A program made the position numbers and the translations under genes. Shown piece after piece: positions 1-9,224 of a stretch of DNA of 27,184 nucleotides (positions are counted from its first letter, which is position 1; each line of letters starts with the position of its first letter). The notes beneath the pieces are model-generated. The model worked only from the letters and a program-made list of their open reading frames with translations. It searched no databases and was not told the origin of the DNA. Origin of the DNA: a virus; the IMG/VR virus record IMGVR_UViG_3300028948_000734, one strand, 5' to 3'.

Positions 1-71
1 GTAGGCTGAGCGTTACGGGTAGATATCTGTAACGGCCTGAGCCGGGCCAAAGGTGAAAAAATACCAGGCTA

Positions 72-1103
72 TTAATTTTCTGGAAAAGGTCTGCCTTCTA
101 ACACTTGATTCTGAAAGTATTCAAGGTTGTTAGCCATAATCAAGCATCCATGCCCTCGGAGATTGATAATAAAATTGCTGGCAGAACTGTCTGGCATAAA
201 CTTTACAATTTCATCAAATTCATCAATAAAACCACAGGGAATTTTATGAGAAGTCATAATTCCATTCTTAACATAAACATGTCCGTGTAACATGTAGTTA
301 ACATTCTTATAATAGTTAAACAGACGAATTTGAATAGGTGTATCTACGCTGGGTTTGTTTGGTCCATAGTATCTAACTTCATTTTCAACCGATTCAACTT
401 GTACAAAATCATCGCTGGCTAGAGTTTGCTTGTCTACATTGCGTCTAGTAACATAAATGGCATCATTGATACGTATACCAGGAAATCCTCTGGCACAGCG
501 AGTAGATGCATTACCAAGCAATCTATTAGGATTTACTGCATTTACAAATTGAGTAAATTCAGCTCCGTACCGTTGAATAATTGAAATAAATTCAGGTTCA
601 ATAGTAAATTCATGCAGATCTCCAACCTGTTGAGATCTAACACGCTTCATAGCTGTTATTTCATCAACTCGATGCTGTATGGATACAGCTAGATCGTTGA
701 TATTTGTGGTATCTGCCCAGATATTACCCAGTGGGTCAAGTAGTTTAAACTGAAACAGTTGATCATCCACAGTAATCATAATACCGAGATTGCTGTGGCT
801 TTGCAGCAGTCGTCCTATAACGTCGTTTACGGAATAATTGTTGTCAACAACACGCTTTGACTGAATCAACAGCAAGCGTTGATTGGCCTTTTTAATCATT
901 GGAAGAATTTTATCTTCAATGTTATCAACGTTTGGCATCCAAATAAGAACGTCGAGTTCTTTGAAATTAATTAGGTAAAGCTCGTCTAGATGTCCACCAT
1001 TTATGCAAGGCCAGTTAAGATTCTCAGCCAATTGACTGACAATTTTGCTAGGCTTTCCGTCTGTATGGTTAAAAGTGCCACCAACGATTAATGTTTTCAT
1101 CAT
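72..1103 (-). CDS. Two-domain protein with an unassigned N-terminal domain and a class II aldolase/adducin-like C-terminal domain
   Basis: 343-aa ORF with GAGGAAA upstream of the ATG on the minus strand. The C-terminal half matches class II aldolase signatures: 'KPSVDTPIQIRLF' (phosphate-binding KPSsE..H region), 'NYMLHGHVYV' (metal-binding HTHS-like) and 'LRGHGCLIMANNLEYFQNQVLE' (RNHGxxxxGxxLEEAF-like). The N-terminal 170 aa could not be assigned. Confidence 0.45.
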   Translation of the reverse strand: MMKTLIVGGTFNHTDGKPSKIVSQLAENLNWPCINGGHLDELYLINFKELDVLIWMPNVDNIEDKILPMIKKANQRLLLIQSKRVVDNNYSVNDVIGRLLQSHSNLGIMITVDDQLFQFKLLDPLGNIWADTTNINDLAVSIQHRVDEITAMKRVRSQQVGDLHEFTIEPEFISIIQRYGAEFTQFVNAVNPNRLLGNASTRCARGFPGIRINDAIYVTRRNVDKQTLASDDFVQVESVENEVRYYGPNKPSVDTPIQIRLFNYYKNVNYMLHGHVYVKNGIMTSHKIPCGFIDEFDEIVKFMPDSSASNFIINLRGHGCLIMANNLEYFQNQVLEGRPFPEN

Positions 1104-1124
1104 GATATAAATTTCCTCGGTTAA

Positions 1125-1355
1125 TTATTCTGGAATCTCTACAAGTTGGAATATTTTATATTCACGTTTGTTTTTTTTATTTTCTGGAAGAGTTTGGCAA
1201 TATTTACGAAAGACTCGCGCATCTGCCAGTGTACCAAAGAATGTTTCTCGTCCGTATGTGTAAGTTCCTACTCTACCTTCGCCCTCGGGCCAGTAAAAAC
1301 CTACTGCGTAGTTAAACTTTTCTTCTTTTTTATCTTTAGGCATGTAAACCACCAA
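1125..1355 (-). CDS. Hypothetical protein (76 aa)
   Basis: ORF with ATG start, downstream of a divergent promoter region; no recognisable motifs. Confidence 0.4.
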   Translation of the reverse strand: MVVYMPKDKKEEKFNYAVGFYWPEGEGRVGTYTYGRETFFGTLADARVFRKYCQTLPENKKNKREYKIFQLVEIPE

Positions 1356-1388
1356 CTATTAAATGTATTCGTCTTGCTATTATAACAC

Positions 1389-1404
1389 GCATTATATATA
1401 ATGC
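1389..1404. promoter_or_regulatory. Perfect 16-bp palindrome GCATTATATATAATGC in a divergent promoter region (candidate operator)
   Basis: Read directly: gcattata|tataatgc is self-complementary. It lies between divergent genes 1125..1355(-) and 1580..2035(+). Confidence 0.5.
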
Positions 1405-1525
1405 TAGATAAATATTATACGGAATGTGCCAGGGTAGGCTCCCTAAACTGCCTTGAAAGCAGTGGTGCGTATTTGCGCAATAGTTCGATGCTATCACATT
1501 CCGCCATTTTTATATAAAATAGCTG

Positions 1526-1553
1526 TTGATATCTATAAAAAAACTGTTATTAT
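1526..1553 (+). promoter_or_regulatory. Sigma70-like promoter (TTGATA, 16-nt spacer, TATTAT)
   Basis: -35 TTGATA at 1526-1531 and -10 TATTAT at 1548-1553, about 27 nt upstream of the ATG at 1580. Confidence 0.5.
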
Positions 1554-1579
1554 GTTTGTTAATTAACAGGATTTTTTAT

Positions 1580-2035
1580 ATGAGTAAAATCACAACCAAA
1601 GACTGCGTGGATTTCCTAGTAAAATGTGCAAGTGAGTTTCATCCAACTATGGCTGATACGCACGAAACTCCGGCAGAGTATGCTGCTCTCAGCACTGTTA
1701 TGAAAAAGCTATCTAGTCATGCAATGCTGACAAATCCAAAAATGTGGAAGCGCATAAAGAAATTTAGCCCAAAAGGCTATTGGGATAAGATCGGTGTCGG
1801 TGAAGACAATAATTCCTGGGAATATTATAACCCACCTATACGTGGAAAAGACATTCAATCTATTCGATGGTTTTCAAACGGTCCAACAATGACTGACGCT
1901 ATGGATTTTATAGCCGATGACGAAATGGTATATTTGCCTTGTGGTGGTTTCCCAGGGCACAGCGAGCGTCACATTTATGAAGTATACGAAATGAAAGACG
2001 GCACACTAATTCTTGGCGATAATTTTGGAGATTAA
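1580..2035 (+). CDS. Hypothetical protein
   Basis: The ORF track starts at a TTG (1526) that is itself the -35 hexamer. The first ATG (1580, MSKITTKDC...) has AGG 9 nt upstream, so it is the preferred start. No motif recognised. Confidence 0.55.
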   Translation: MSKITTKDCVDFLVKCASEFHPTMADTHETPAEYAALSTVMKKLSSHAMLTNPKMWKRIKKFSPKGYWDKIGVGEDNNSWEYYNPPIRGKDIQSIRWFSNGPTMTDAMDFIADDEMVYLPCGGFPGHSERHIYEVYEMKDGTLILGDNFGD

Positions 2036-2036
2036 C

Positions 2037-2459
2037 ATGGCAGACATTAGAAAGATTTTTGTATTCAGTTTCTCTCCTTGGGAAACTCCTGGTGAGCCCG
2101 AAGAAGACAAGCGCGGATTTATCATTACCTTCAAGTCCAAAGAAGAACATGATAAGTTCTATGCGTGGACACTAGATGATGATCTTGATCCGGAAAATCC
2201 AGGCAACAACTGGTATGAATTTTTGGGGAATATCGAAGGTGATTATGGTGTGCATGATTTTGGTGCAACAGGACATGCAGAAATTGTTGGGTATGGTACA
2301 TATGAAATTAGGCTTGACAAAAGAGACGAGCTTATGAATAAGTGGAGAAACTGGATTATCCAAAACGGCTATGAATGTGGACCTATTCTTACTGGTCTCA
2401 AAGAGGATGATTGGAAATATCCTGAACTTGATCTTGATCACGAAACACAGTATCCTTGA
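2037..2459 (+). CDS. Hypothetical protein
   Basis: ATG at 2037 (MADIRK...) preceded by GGAG (ggagattaacATG). The upstream stop overlaps the RBS. Same-strand tandem array. Confidence 0.6.
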   Translation: MADIRKIFVFSFSPWETPGEPEEDKRGFIITFKSKEEHDKFYAWTLDDDLDPENPGNNWYEFLGNIEGDYGVHDFGATGHAEIVGYGTYEIRLDKRDELMNKWRNWIIQNGYECGPILTGLKEDDWKYPELDLDHETQYP

Positions 2460-2470
2460 GGATAACTATC

Positions 2471-2833
2471 ATGCCAGCAACAGATATTAAATTTTGGGTA
2501 CATCGCGACGGACTTACAGGTAGATTCTATACTACCACAAATTTTGCTCTCACAACGTCCGATCATGTTAACGATGCACATGTTTATCGAACATTGAAAG
2601 GTGCTAGAAATCAAATCAAAGGTAGGGTTGACATGTTTCGTGATGCAGTTGATCTCATGGAAGGATTTAAGAAGAATTCTACAAGGGATGCATATTTTCG
2701 AGAAAACTGGCCCAGGATTGAAGCTGAAGGGCGAGATGCTATTGAACATTTAAAAGACCCAAACAATCAAGCATATATTGAAATTGTTGAAGTAACTAGC
2801 ATTGTTACTCTAACGAAAGTAAACTATAAATAA
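2471..2833 (+). CDS. Hypothetical protein
   Basis: ATG at 2471 (MPATDIKF...) with GAGGA 8 nt upstream; the preceding gene stops at 2459. Confidence 0.6.
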   Translation: MPATDIKFWVHRDGLTGRFYTTTNFALTTSDHVNDAHVYRTLKGARNQIKGRVDMFRDAVDLMEGFKKNSTRDAYFRENWPRIEAEGRDAIEHLKDPNNQAYIEIVEVTSIVTLTKVNYK

Positions 2834-2897
2834 TTGGAATGATAGCTAGGACAGCTCCTAGGCTCGTTTGGAAAGCGATGCGTACCTTTTAACGGGT

Positions 2898-3122
2898 ATG
2901 GCGGGCAGCACGTCATCATTCCGCCATTGGAATAACATGATTAAACTTATTATTACTGAAGAATATTCAAAAGGTGGCAAAGATGGAAACGATACCATCT
3001 TTTACATACGGGAAACAAAGCATGTTCCCGGCCGTACCTTTGAAGCTACAGCATTAACACATGAAGCTGCTCGATGGCAAATAAATCAATTGTCTAAAGA
3101 TCAGTACGAGTCTATATGGTAA
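2898..3122 (+). CDS. Hypothetical small protein (start uncertain)
   Basis: The ORF track begins at a TTG (2868). The first in-frame ATG is 2898 (MAGSTSS...) and the SD is weak. A terminator-rich convergent region follows. Confidence 0.3.
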   Translation: MAGSTSSFRHWNNMIKLIITEEYSKGGKDGNDTIFYIRETKHVPGRTFEATALTHEAARWQINQLSKDQYESIW

Positions 3123-3211
3123 TGGAAAGTTAAGTGTGCAAGGCACACCACTGTCTCGAAAACAGTTGGCACCTACGGGTGTAGGGGGCGGGACCCTAGC
3201 TTTCCTCCATT

Positions 3212-4576
3212 TTATAATCCATATCTAGATTTTTCAGCATTGAATTCTGCTAGCACTTCTTCTGCAGTTCTAGCTCTGGTATGATACCTAAAGGTAGACA
3301 TTTTAAGATTTTCACTTTGATTCCATCCTTCACTTTCGCTAGCAATTCTAAACTCTGATGGAGGTGTTCCCCATGTACCAAGTACATTAGCAGTTCCTGC
3401 TAGATTTCCGTTGATATATAACTGACTAGCATTGTTGTTTACAGTAAAACAAATATGTGCCCAGGTTCCATAGTAATTATTGAAATTCACATTGATATCA
3501 TACACACCTGTATCGGTTTCAACTCTGGCTTCGGTTTGACCTATATTATCTAGCATAAGGAACCAGAAACCATAACTGTTACCACCACGTAACCCTGCTA
3601 CAAAATTAAAATCAGAGGTCTGTTGTATGTTTGCCCACATTGTTATTGATGAACTAGGCGTAAGGTTAGCTGTTATATTAGCAGGATTAGAGTTGAAAAC
3701 TGCATATCCATTGAGACCAAAATCAATATAACCTCCTTGTAATAGACCAAATGTAGTATTTGTTAGTGTAGCATTATTACCAAACCCGCTTAAGTCGTTC
3801 CATGCGACACTAGGGTCAGTATAGCTAGCAGGATTACCTGCATCTAAGAAAGCCCGTTGACTGTAAGGACCAACTCTTTCCCAACTTACAGAGCTGCTGT
3901 CAACTATGTGATTATTTGTACTGTCTACTGTATTGTTAATAAGGCTGCTAGATAGAAGTAGAAGCTTGGTATTTGAGCCTACTGTTAATGGTTGATTAGG
4001 TACAGTGAAGTTAGTAGTGTAAAGAGCTTCTCCTTTGGTCCATCTAAAATTAGTAATATATCCAGTAAATCCGCCTGCAGATGTTACATTTTGTTCGTTA
4101 CCTATAGTAAGTGCTACATTATCAGTGGTAATATTACTAATATCTGATGTTTCAACTATTTGCACTCCATTCTGAAAGACTCTAGTAGTTCCATTGTTTC
4201 TAGAGATTGCAAAATGAACCCATTGATCTTCATAATTGCTAATAAGCACACTGGTTACCACACTTCCCATAGACCAAAGATATAAATTACCACTTTCGAT
4301 GCTTACTGCAATATCGGCATTAGGCCAACTGCCAACACTAAATGGTCTAGGATATTGATATCCAGGAGTTAGCCACTGCCACCATTCTATTGTATAATCA
4401 CCAGTACCCAATGCCCAGTCGCTACTGGCAGGATAAATTACATAACCAAGAGTTGTTGGAAATGCAATACTTCCTCCCTCTGCACTGTATGTAACTAAAC
4501 TAATTATTGGTGGCGGTATTATTCCTCCGCCGGACATTTGAGATAATAATCCAGGAAAGATCTGTGTAATAGGCAT
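3212..4576 (-). CDS. Structural or receptor-binding protein with two LamG/concanavalin-A-like jelly-roll domains
   Basis: Two segments have LamG-like patterns (…WVHFAISRNNGTTRVFQNGVQIVE… and …YGTWAHICFTVNNNASQLYINGNLAGT…). The preferred start is the ATG at 4576 (MPITQ…), which gives TAATG overlap with the upstream gene stop and AGGTGG 7 nt upstream. The track start at 4618 would overlap the upstream gene by 43 nt. Confidence 0.6.
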   Translation of the reverse strand: MPITQIFPGLLSQMSGGGIIPPPIISLVTYSAEGGSIAFPTTLGYVIYPASSDWALGTGDYTIEWWQWLTPGYQYPRPFSVGSWPNADIAVSIESGNLYLWSMGSVVTSVLISNYEDQWVHFAISRNNGTTRVFQNGVQIVETSDISNITTDNVALTIGNEQNVTSAGGFTGYITNFRWTKGEALYTTNFTVPNQPLTVGSNTKLLLLSSSLINNTVDSTNNHIVDSSSVSWERVGPYSQRAFLDAGNPASYTDPSVAWNDLSGFGNNATLTNTTFGLLQGGYIDFGLNGYAVFNSNPANITANLTPSSSITMWANIQQTSDFNFVAGLRGGNSYGFWFLMLDNIGQTEARVETDTGVYDINVNFNNYYGTWAHICFTVNNNASQLYINGNLAGTANVLGTWGTPPSEFRIASESEGWNQSENLKMSTFRYHTRARTAEEVLAEFNAEKSRYGL

Positions 4577-6276
4577 TAGAACCCACCTATTTCTAGTGTA
4601 ACACCACTCATAAACCAAACTTCTGTATCTACTTTAAGCAATGTAGCCATACCTTGATCACTTAATGTATAAGCACTATTACTACCCAAACCAGGGACTA
4701 TTAGACTTGTGCTGACTCCGTCAACTTGAATATCAATAGTACCACCAGAATTGTTTACAATAACAACTGTGCTACCGATAGGCATAGGAACATCATAGTC
4801 ATATGGTACAATTATATTAACGGCATTTGAACAATAAATGTGTTTACCACGGTCTCCCAACGCCAGTCTTCTTGAACCACTACCGGTTTTTAACTGAGCA
4901 ATATCTGTGGCTGACGATGTCTGTTGAGTACCGTCTCCAAAGATTAGCCTTCCGCCTACTTGGTTTCTAATTAACTCTATATTGTTATCTTTAATATAAG
5001 TATCGTTGGTCCATCCAATTACAGCTTCAGTAGTGACGGTTATAGAAGTTGGAATTACATTCCATGTGGTTAATGTAGCGGTTTCCGAATCTACATCATA
5101 ATCTCCTTCAACCCAGAAATAATATCCTAAATATCCAATATTGTTTCCGTCTGCCGGTAATCTCATTGCAAATGCCGTATTGTAATCATTTGCAGTATCA
5201 TCGGTATTACCAGCTATAAAAATGCTATCGGCATTCACTGCCAATGATTGGAAAACACTTATTCTACAGTCATTTCTGTTTCCTGCCCAACGTGACCATA
5301 TTACATTGCCATCAATGTCTAGCTTAATAATCTTATAAGCATCGTCATTGAACTCATCCCAATATGATTGGGCTATCCAATAAACATTTCCTTGCTCATC
5401 GGTTACTACACTACTTCCTTGTTTGCCATCAGTATATGTGCTTTTTTGCCAAACAGCACCGCCGTTTAAATTTAAACAGGTTAAATAACAATTAGATGTA
5501 TCATTGTTGTAATGTGTGACAAGTATTCTATTGTTAGTAGTAGCTACACCAACTGCACCGCAATCAACATCGCTTTCGTTTAAAATACGGGCCCAGGCTA
5601 GACTGCCGTCTGCATTAAAAACTGTAACTGTAGCTACATCACCTGAAAATCCTTCTGTATTATAGCTGCTGCCTACAGCTACTACTAAATCATCACCAAC
5701 TGCACCCACATTTTGCACATAATCATTTGCACCAGGATCAATTGATCCAAAAACACGACTCCACATCGAAGTTGTTACCAATGCTTGATTTCCTAGAGTA
5801 GGATCAACAGTTAACCCTGCTAAAACCGGTACATCACCTAGCTGAGCTCTGCTAGACAATTCGACACTTTGTTCGTTGCTTTCTAAAAATTCAACCGTAT
5901 CTGCCAAACTGCCGTCATTCATGTTAATTATCCATACCATGTTGCTGGCTATTACCTCAAGCTGACCAATATCTTCGTTTACGTAAATATTTAGAATAGG
6001 ATAAGACATACCTTCTAGAGAAAAATTATTACTCCATTGTACAGAACCATTGGAATCAAATTTAACTAGTATTGCTTTGTTATCTGAGTCGTCATACCCT
6101 CCAAAATAGCTATTTCCATCTGCATCAACTGCCACACAGCTAAAGGTGCTATCGTTGTCTTCGTTGATTAACAGTCCATAGATTGTTATCCAGCCAACAG
6201 TACTCTGTGTTATAGTTAAGTTACTATTATCTGTGACGCCTATGCCATCTTGCGTTTTAAAAGTTTTTAGTGTCAT
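4576..6276 (-). CDS. Beta-propeller repeat structural protein (SBBP/PQQ-like repeats)
   Basis: 566-aa ORF with AAGGA 8 nt upstream. It has repeated motifs of about 40-50 aa (DGNSYFGGY…, DGSLAWARI…, NGGAVWQKSTY…, QGNVYWIAQSY…, DGNVIWSRW…) typical of bacterial beta-propeller repeats. It sits in an operon with the LamG protein. Confidence 0.55.
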   Translation of the reverse strand: MTLKTFKTQDGIGVTDNSNLTITQSTVGWITIYGLLINEDNDSTFSCVAVDADGNSYFGGYDDSDNKAILVKFDSNGSVQWSNNFSLEGMSYPILNIYVNEDIGQLEVIASNMVWIINMNDGSLADTVEFLESNEQSVELSSRAQLGDVPVLAGLTVDPTLGNQALVTTSMWSRVFGSIDPGANDYVQNVGAVGDDLVVAVGSSYNTEGFSGDVATVTVFNADGSLAWARILNESDVDCGAVGVATTNNRILVTHYNNDTSNCYLTCLNLNGGAVWQKSTYTDGKQGSSVVTDEQGNVYWIAQSYWDEFNDDAYKIIKLDIDGNVIWSRWAGNRNDCRISVFQSLAVNADSIFIAGNTDDTANDYNTAFAMRLPADGNNIGYLGYYFWVEGDYDVDSETATLTTWNVIPTSITVTTEAVIGWTNDTYIKDNNIELIRNQVGGRLIFGDGTQQTSSATDIAQLKTGSGSRRLALGDRGKHIYCSNAVNIIVPYDYDVPMPIGSTVVIVNNSGGTIDIQVDGVSTSLIVPGLGSNSAYTLSDQGMATLLKVDTEVWFMSGVTLEIGGF

Positions 6277-6287
6277 GTGTAATGTCC

Positions 6288-6785
6288 TTATTCTTGTATT
6301 TCAATGGCTATGCTTTTTACAGTAACTGAATTAACACCACTAGTTGGTTGAGCAGTAATTTTGAGTATTCCTCCGATTACTTGTGCATCAAATGTTACTA
6401 GACTGTTTACACTAGTATAGGTAACTCCATATACTGATGCATCTCCGTTGCTGGTTCTTAAATTTTTGATTGCCATTATTTCTGCTGAATGAGTATCTAG
6501 AAAATCAACTACACCAGTTTCATATCCAACTGCTTGTACAGTAGCTTTAATAGTTCTTACTGCGGAACTCGATGCTGTATATATTACAGTATTTACAGAA
6601 GGAGGACATACTGTAGTAGGACCTGCTGTTCCGCCGCCGCCTCCAAGTGGTATACCACCTGGAGTTGTGTTATTACCAACTCTGAGAATTGTGCCAGTAT
6701 CACTTATCCAGAGCTCTCCATACTGTCCTATATATGTGTCATCTCTGTAAGTTAATTCTTTGCTGATAAATCTTCTTATAGCCAT
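6288..6785 (-). CDS. Small structural protein (Gly/Thr-rich), first gene of the minus-strand structural operon
   Basis: The ORF track start (6803) is a TTG. The ATG at 6785 (MAIRRF…) has AAGGA 7 nt upstream. A GGGGG loop and a beta-rich Ser/Thr/Val composition resemble tail or fibre proteins. Confidence 0.5.
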   Translation of the reverse strand: MAIRRFISKELTYRDDTYIGQYGELWISDTGTILRVGNNTTPGGIPLGGGGGTAGPTTVCPPSVNTVIYTASSSAVRTIKATVQAVGYETGVVDFLDTHSAEIMAIKNLRTSNGDASVYGVTYTSVNSLVTFDAQVIGGILKITAQPTSGVNSVTVKSIAIEIQE

Positions 6786-6933
6786 GTGTAATCCTTGTAG
6801 CAAATGTCACGAGTATTTATCGATTGCTATAAAACATATACATAGCACAAAAAACGTAGATTATTTTACAAAATGAAATTTGTTTTTCTAAGTTACAAAC
6901 ACTTACACTTAATTTTTAAGTGAGTATTTATAA

Positions 6934-7536
6934 ATGAGCTGGTTACCAATAAAAAAAATTCCTTATTACTTTGAACCAACAGCTAATAAGAGTAAAGAAA
7001 TAAGAAAAGCAAAAATTAAAAACTATAATTTGCCATTTTTACAACATCTTTATAATGGTGACGAGTTATCACCTTTACGTTGCATGATGACAGGAGATTT
7101 AGGGTGGAAAAAGTTTCCGTGTTTGGTTTCAAACAAAGACAAACAACGATTTAACATAGATTTTAATCATATCAGACAAAGACAATCAATTAATAGAGCC
7201 AGTGGGATAAGTGTAGACAAAGGATCGTATGATCCTAGCTCAGTGTTTAGAGAGTTTGTATTTGACGATAATTTACACTATTTTACAGAATTTATGTGTA
7301 TCATGCCAGTCAGTCAAGAAATACACAAGTATATTTCTCAAGACAGTCAAAAAGGCGATTTAACATTGGTAAACTTTCCTCAAAAAAACTGGCCATGGTT
7401 TCTACAAAGCAAAACAAACTTTGACCAAGTGTGTGAAAAGTGGGGGTTTAAATACAAATACGACGAATTTATAGATCATTTATCAGACATTAATCATCCT
7501 GGAATACATCTACGAAGGTTTGAACTTGACAAATGA
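6934..7536 (+). CDS. Hypothetical protein (possible degenerate HNH-like region)
   Basis: 200-aa ORF. 'C…C…FNIDFNHIRQ' is weakly reminiscent of an HNH core, but the Cys/His pattern is not canonical. Confidence 0.45.
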   Translation: MSWLPIKKIPYYFEPTANKSKEIRKAKIKNYNLPFLQHLYNGDELSPLRCMMTGDLGWKKFPCLVSNKDKQRFNIDFNHIRQRQSINRASGISVDKGSYDPSSVFREFVFDDNLHYFTEFMCIMPVSQEIHKYISQDSQKGDLTLVNFPQKNWPWFLQSKTNFDQVCEKWGFKYKYDEFIDHLSDINHPGIHLRRFELDK

Positions 7537-7548
7537 TAAATAAGAATT

Positions 7549-8595
7549 ATGAAGACCACTGATCTTTTTGAAAACAATATTATTCCGTTTCCTACTAAAA
7601 AACCCGCATACAAAGAACCAGAAGAACCACGAGCTGACATAAACTATGACGTAGTCGAACGTCTAAAAGAATTAAATCAAGATAGCATACAGCGTCAGAG
7701 AGATTTGGCACTACCTACTATAATGAATGGTCAGCCAAAGGGTATTAAACCTGTAGTTGCCTGGGCAGTAGCCCTCGATGAAATAGCTCATATACAAAAG
7801 AAAAACAAAATACAGCAATGGATATTTGACAAGGGACGAGAGATAATTGATTCTCTTATCAAGTTAAATCGGCAAGATTTAGAAGATTATAAACAGCTAT
7901 ATCAAATCAAGATGCAACCCTGGGAAACAGGTAAGACTTCAGCAGCAATATATAAGTATAAACAAGTAGACCGCACCGCAGAAGATCTCTTGCAACAGTT
8001 TAAAAAAGAACATGTAAAAAAAGTATCAGAAACTTCTAAAATAACAACCATATCATCGGCTACACGACATGGTAAAATCAACACAAAACTAGCTGATAAG
8101 ATAACTGATCCACATGGATATTTTGCATCCGAAGGTGAAGTTATTCCTTTTAAAAAAAAAGATAATCGAGTAATTAAACCATCTGTTGATTTTGTTTCAC
8201 AGCAGACATACATCGACGACGAAATAGATCGTCGGCTCAATGAGCTACATACGCAAAGCTTAAAAAGGCAACGGGATCTTGCTCTTCCTACTATAATGAG
8301 TGGTCAACCAAAGGGTACTAAACCTGTACATGCATGGGCATTGCATATAGCCGACCTAGAATGGCAAGACCCTAATACATGGACGACAACACAAAAATGG
8401 ATTCATGACAAAGCTAAAGAATTACTTAACAGATTAATAGAAGAAATACAGACAGATTTGGCTGCGTATGAAGATTTATATATTCTTGCCGACACTGCAC
8501 CTGCACCACAATATCCAAGGCAGCAAATTGAATTTGCACAACAAGAAGATGCAAGTTCTCTGCAAATATTAGAAGATTTCGCAGATTCTGTTTGA
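7549..8595 (+). CDS. Hypothetical acidic protein with an internal tandem duplication of a domain of about 80 aa
   Basis: Two copies of 'QRQRDLALPTIM(N/S)GQPKG(I/T)KPV(V/H)AWA…QKWI(F/H)DK(G/A)…L…(L/I)…DL…Y(K/E)(Q/D)LY' at about aa 48-125 and about aa 238-318, read directly from the translation. Confidence 0.55.
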   Translation: MKTTDLFENNIIPFPTKKPAYKEPEEPRADINYDVVERLKELNQDSIQRQRDLALPTIMNGQPKGIKPVVAWAVALDEIAHIQKKNKIQQWIFDKGREIIDSLIKLNRQDLEDYKQLYQIKMQPWETGKTSAAIYKYKQVDRTAEDLLQQFKKEHVKKVSETSKITTISSATRHGKINTKLADKITDPHGYFASEGEVIPFKKKDNRVIKPSVDFVSQQTYIDDEIDRRLNELHTQSLKRQRDLALPTIMSGQPKGTKPVHAWALHIADLEWQDPNTWTTTQKWIHDKAKELLNRLIEEIQTDLAAYEDLYILADTAPAPQYPRQQIEFAQQEDASSLQILEDFADSV

Positions 8596-8628
8596 CAATT
8601 AATTGGTTCTGTTATATTATTCTAGACA

Positions 8629-9183
8629 TTGGTTAATATGACATTACAAGAAAAGATCCAAGGTTACGAACCTCGTCGATATCATCTTAAAAAATTGGTA
8701 CATACCGACGAAAATGTTGCTATTACACGGGCCCTTACACATCAGGAATTGCAGAGGCTTTTAGACCTATATACATCACATGGTCAAGAGGATCAAACTG
8801 CCAGACTGTGGCGTGATAGCATGGATCATTGGATACGACGCTATCACGGCTACTGCGTAGTCGACGAAATTGGTAGCCATTATCGTGAAGTAGGTCTCAC
8901 AGAAAAAGGTATCCTGGAGCACGTAATACCTCTCAGCAATGTGCGTACTTTAATGATCGCCGGTCGCTTAACAATTGAACAGACCCTTAATGCACCTGTG
9001 TGCAGAATCTCTCGAGAAAAAGATATTATGCTGAGGCAAAATGGTCTTGTAAATCGAGCTCCGGATCTTTGGCATTTCTTTAAAAGGTATCAGGATCTTG
9101 GCATTAATATTCATGATGTAGACGGCAGGCTAATCGATCTGAAAAGATGGTCTCTTGAAGATCACTATAATAAATTTATCTGA
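8629..9183 (+). CDS. Hypothetical protein (possible HNH-like motif)
   Basis: 184-aa ORF. 'LEHVIPLSNV…NAPVCRISREKD' loosely resembles the HNH 'E/DHIxPxS…N…C' pattern. The start is uncertain (ATG 8629 or 8638) and the SD is weak. Confidence 0.4.
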   Translation: MVNMTLQEKIQGYEPRRYHLKKLVHTDENVAITRALTHQELQRLLDLYTSHGQEDQTARLWRDSMDHWIRRYHGYCVVDEIGSHYREVGLTEKGILEHVIPLSNVRTLMIAGRLTIEQTLNAPVCRISREKDIMLRQNGLVNRAPDLWHFFKRYQDLGINIHDVDGRLIDLKRWSLEDHYNKFI

Positions 9184-9192
9184 TCCATTATT

Positions 9193-9208
9193 TTTAGTAT
9201 ACTAAAAT
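9193..9208. promoter_or_regulatory. Perfect 16-bp palindrome TTTTAGTATACTAAAA upstream of the methyltransferase gene
   Basis: Read directly: self-complementary, 17 nt upstream of the GGAG for the 9225 ORF. Confidence 0.45.
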
Positions 9209-9224
9209 ATTATGGAGAAATAAT

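Noticed and set aside
72-1103. First impression that the N-terminus MMKTLIVGGTF… might be a nucleoside 2-deoxyribosyltransferase, LOG or Rossmann-like domain.
   Set aside because: The family-specific motifs (for example LOG GGGxGxMG and PGGxGTxxE) are absent. It is left unassigned and only the C-terminal aldolase-like call is kept.
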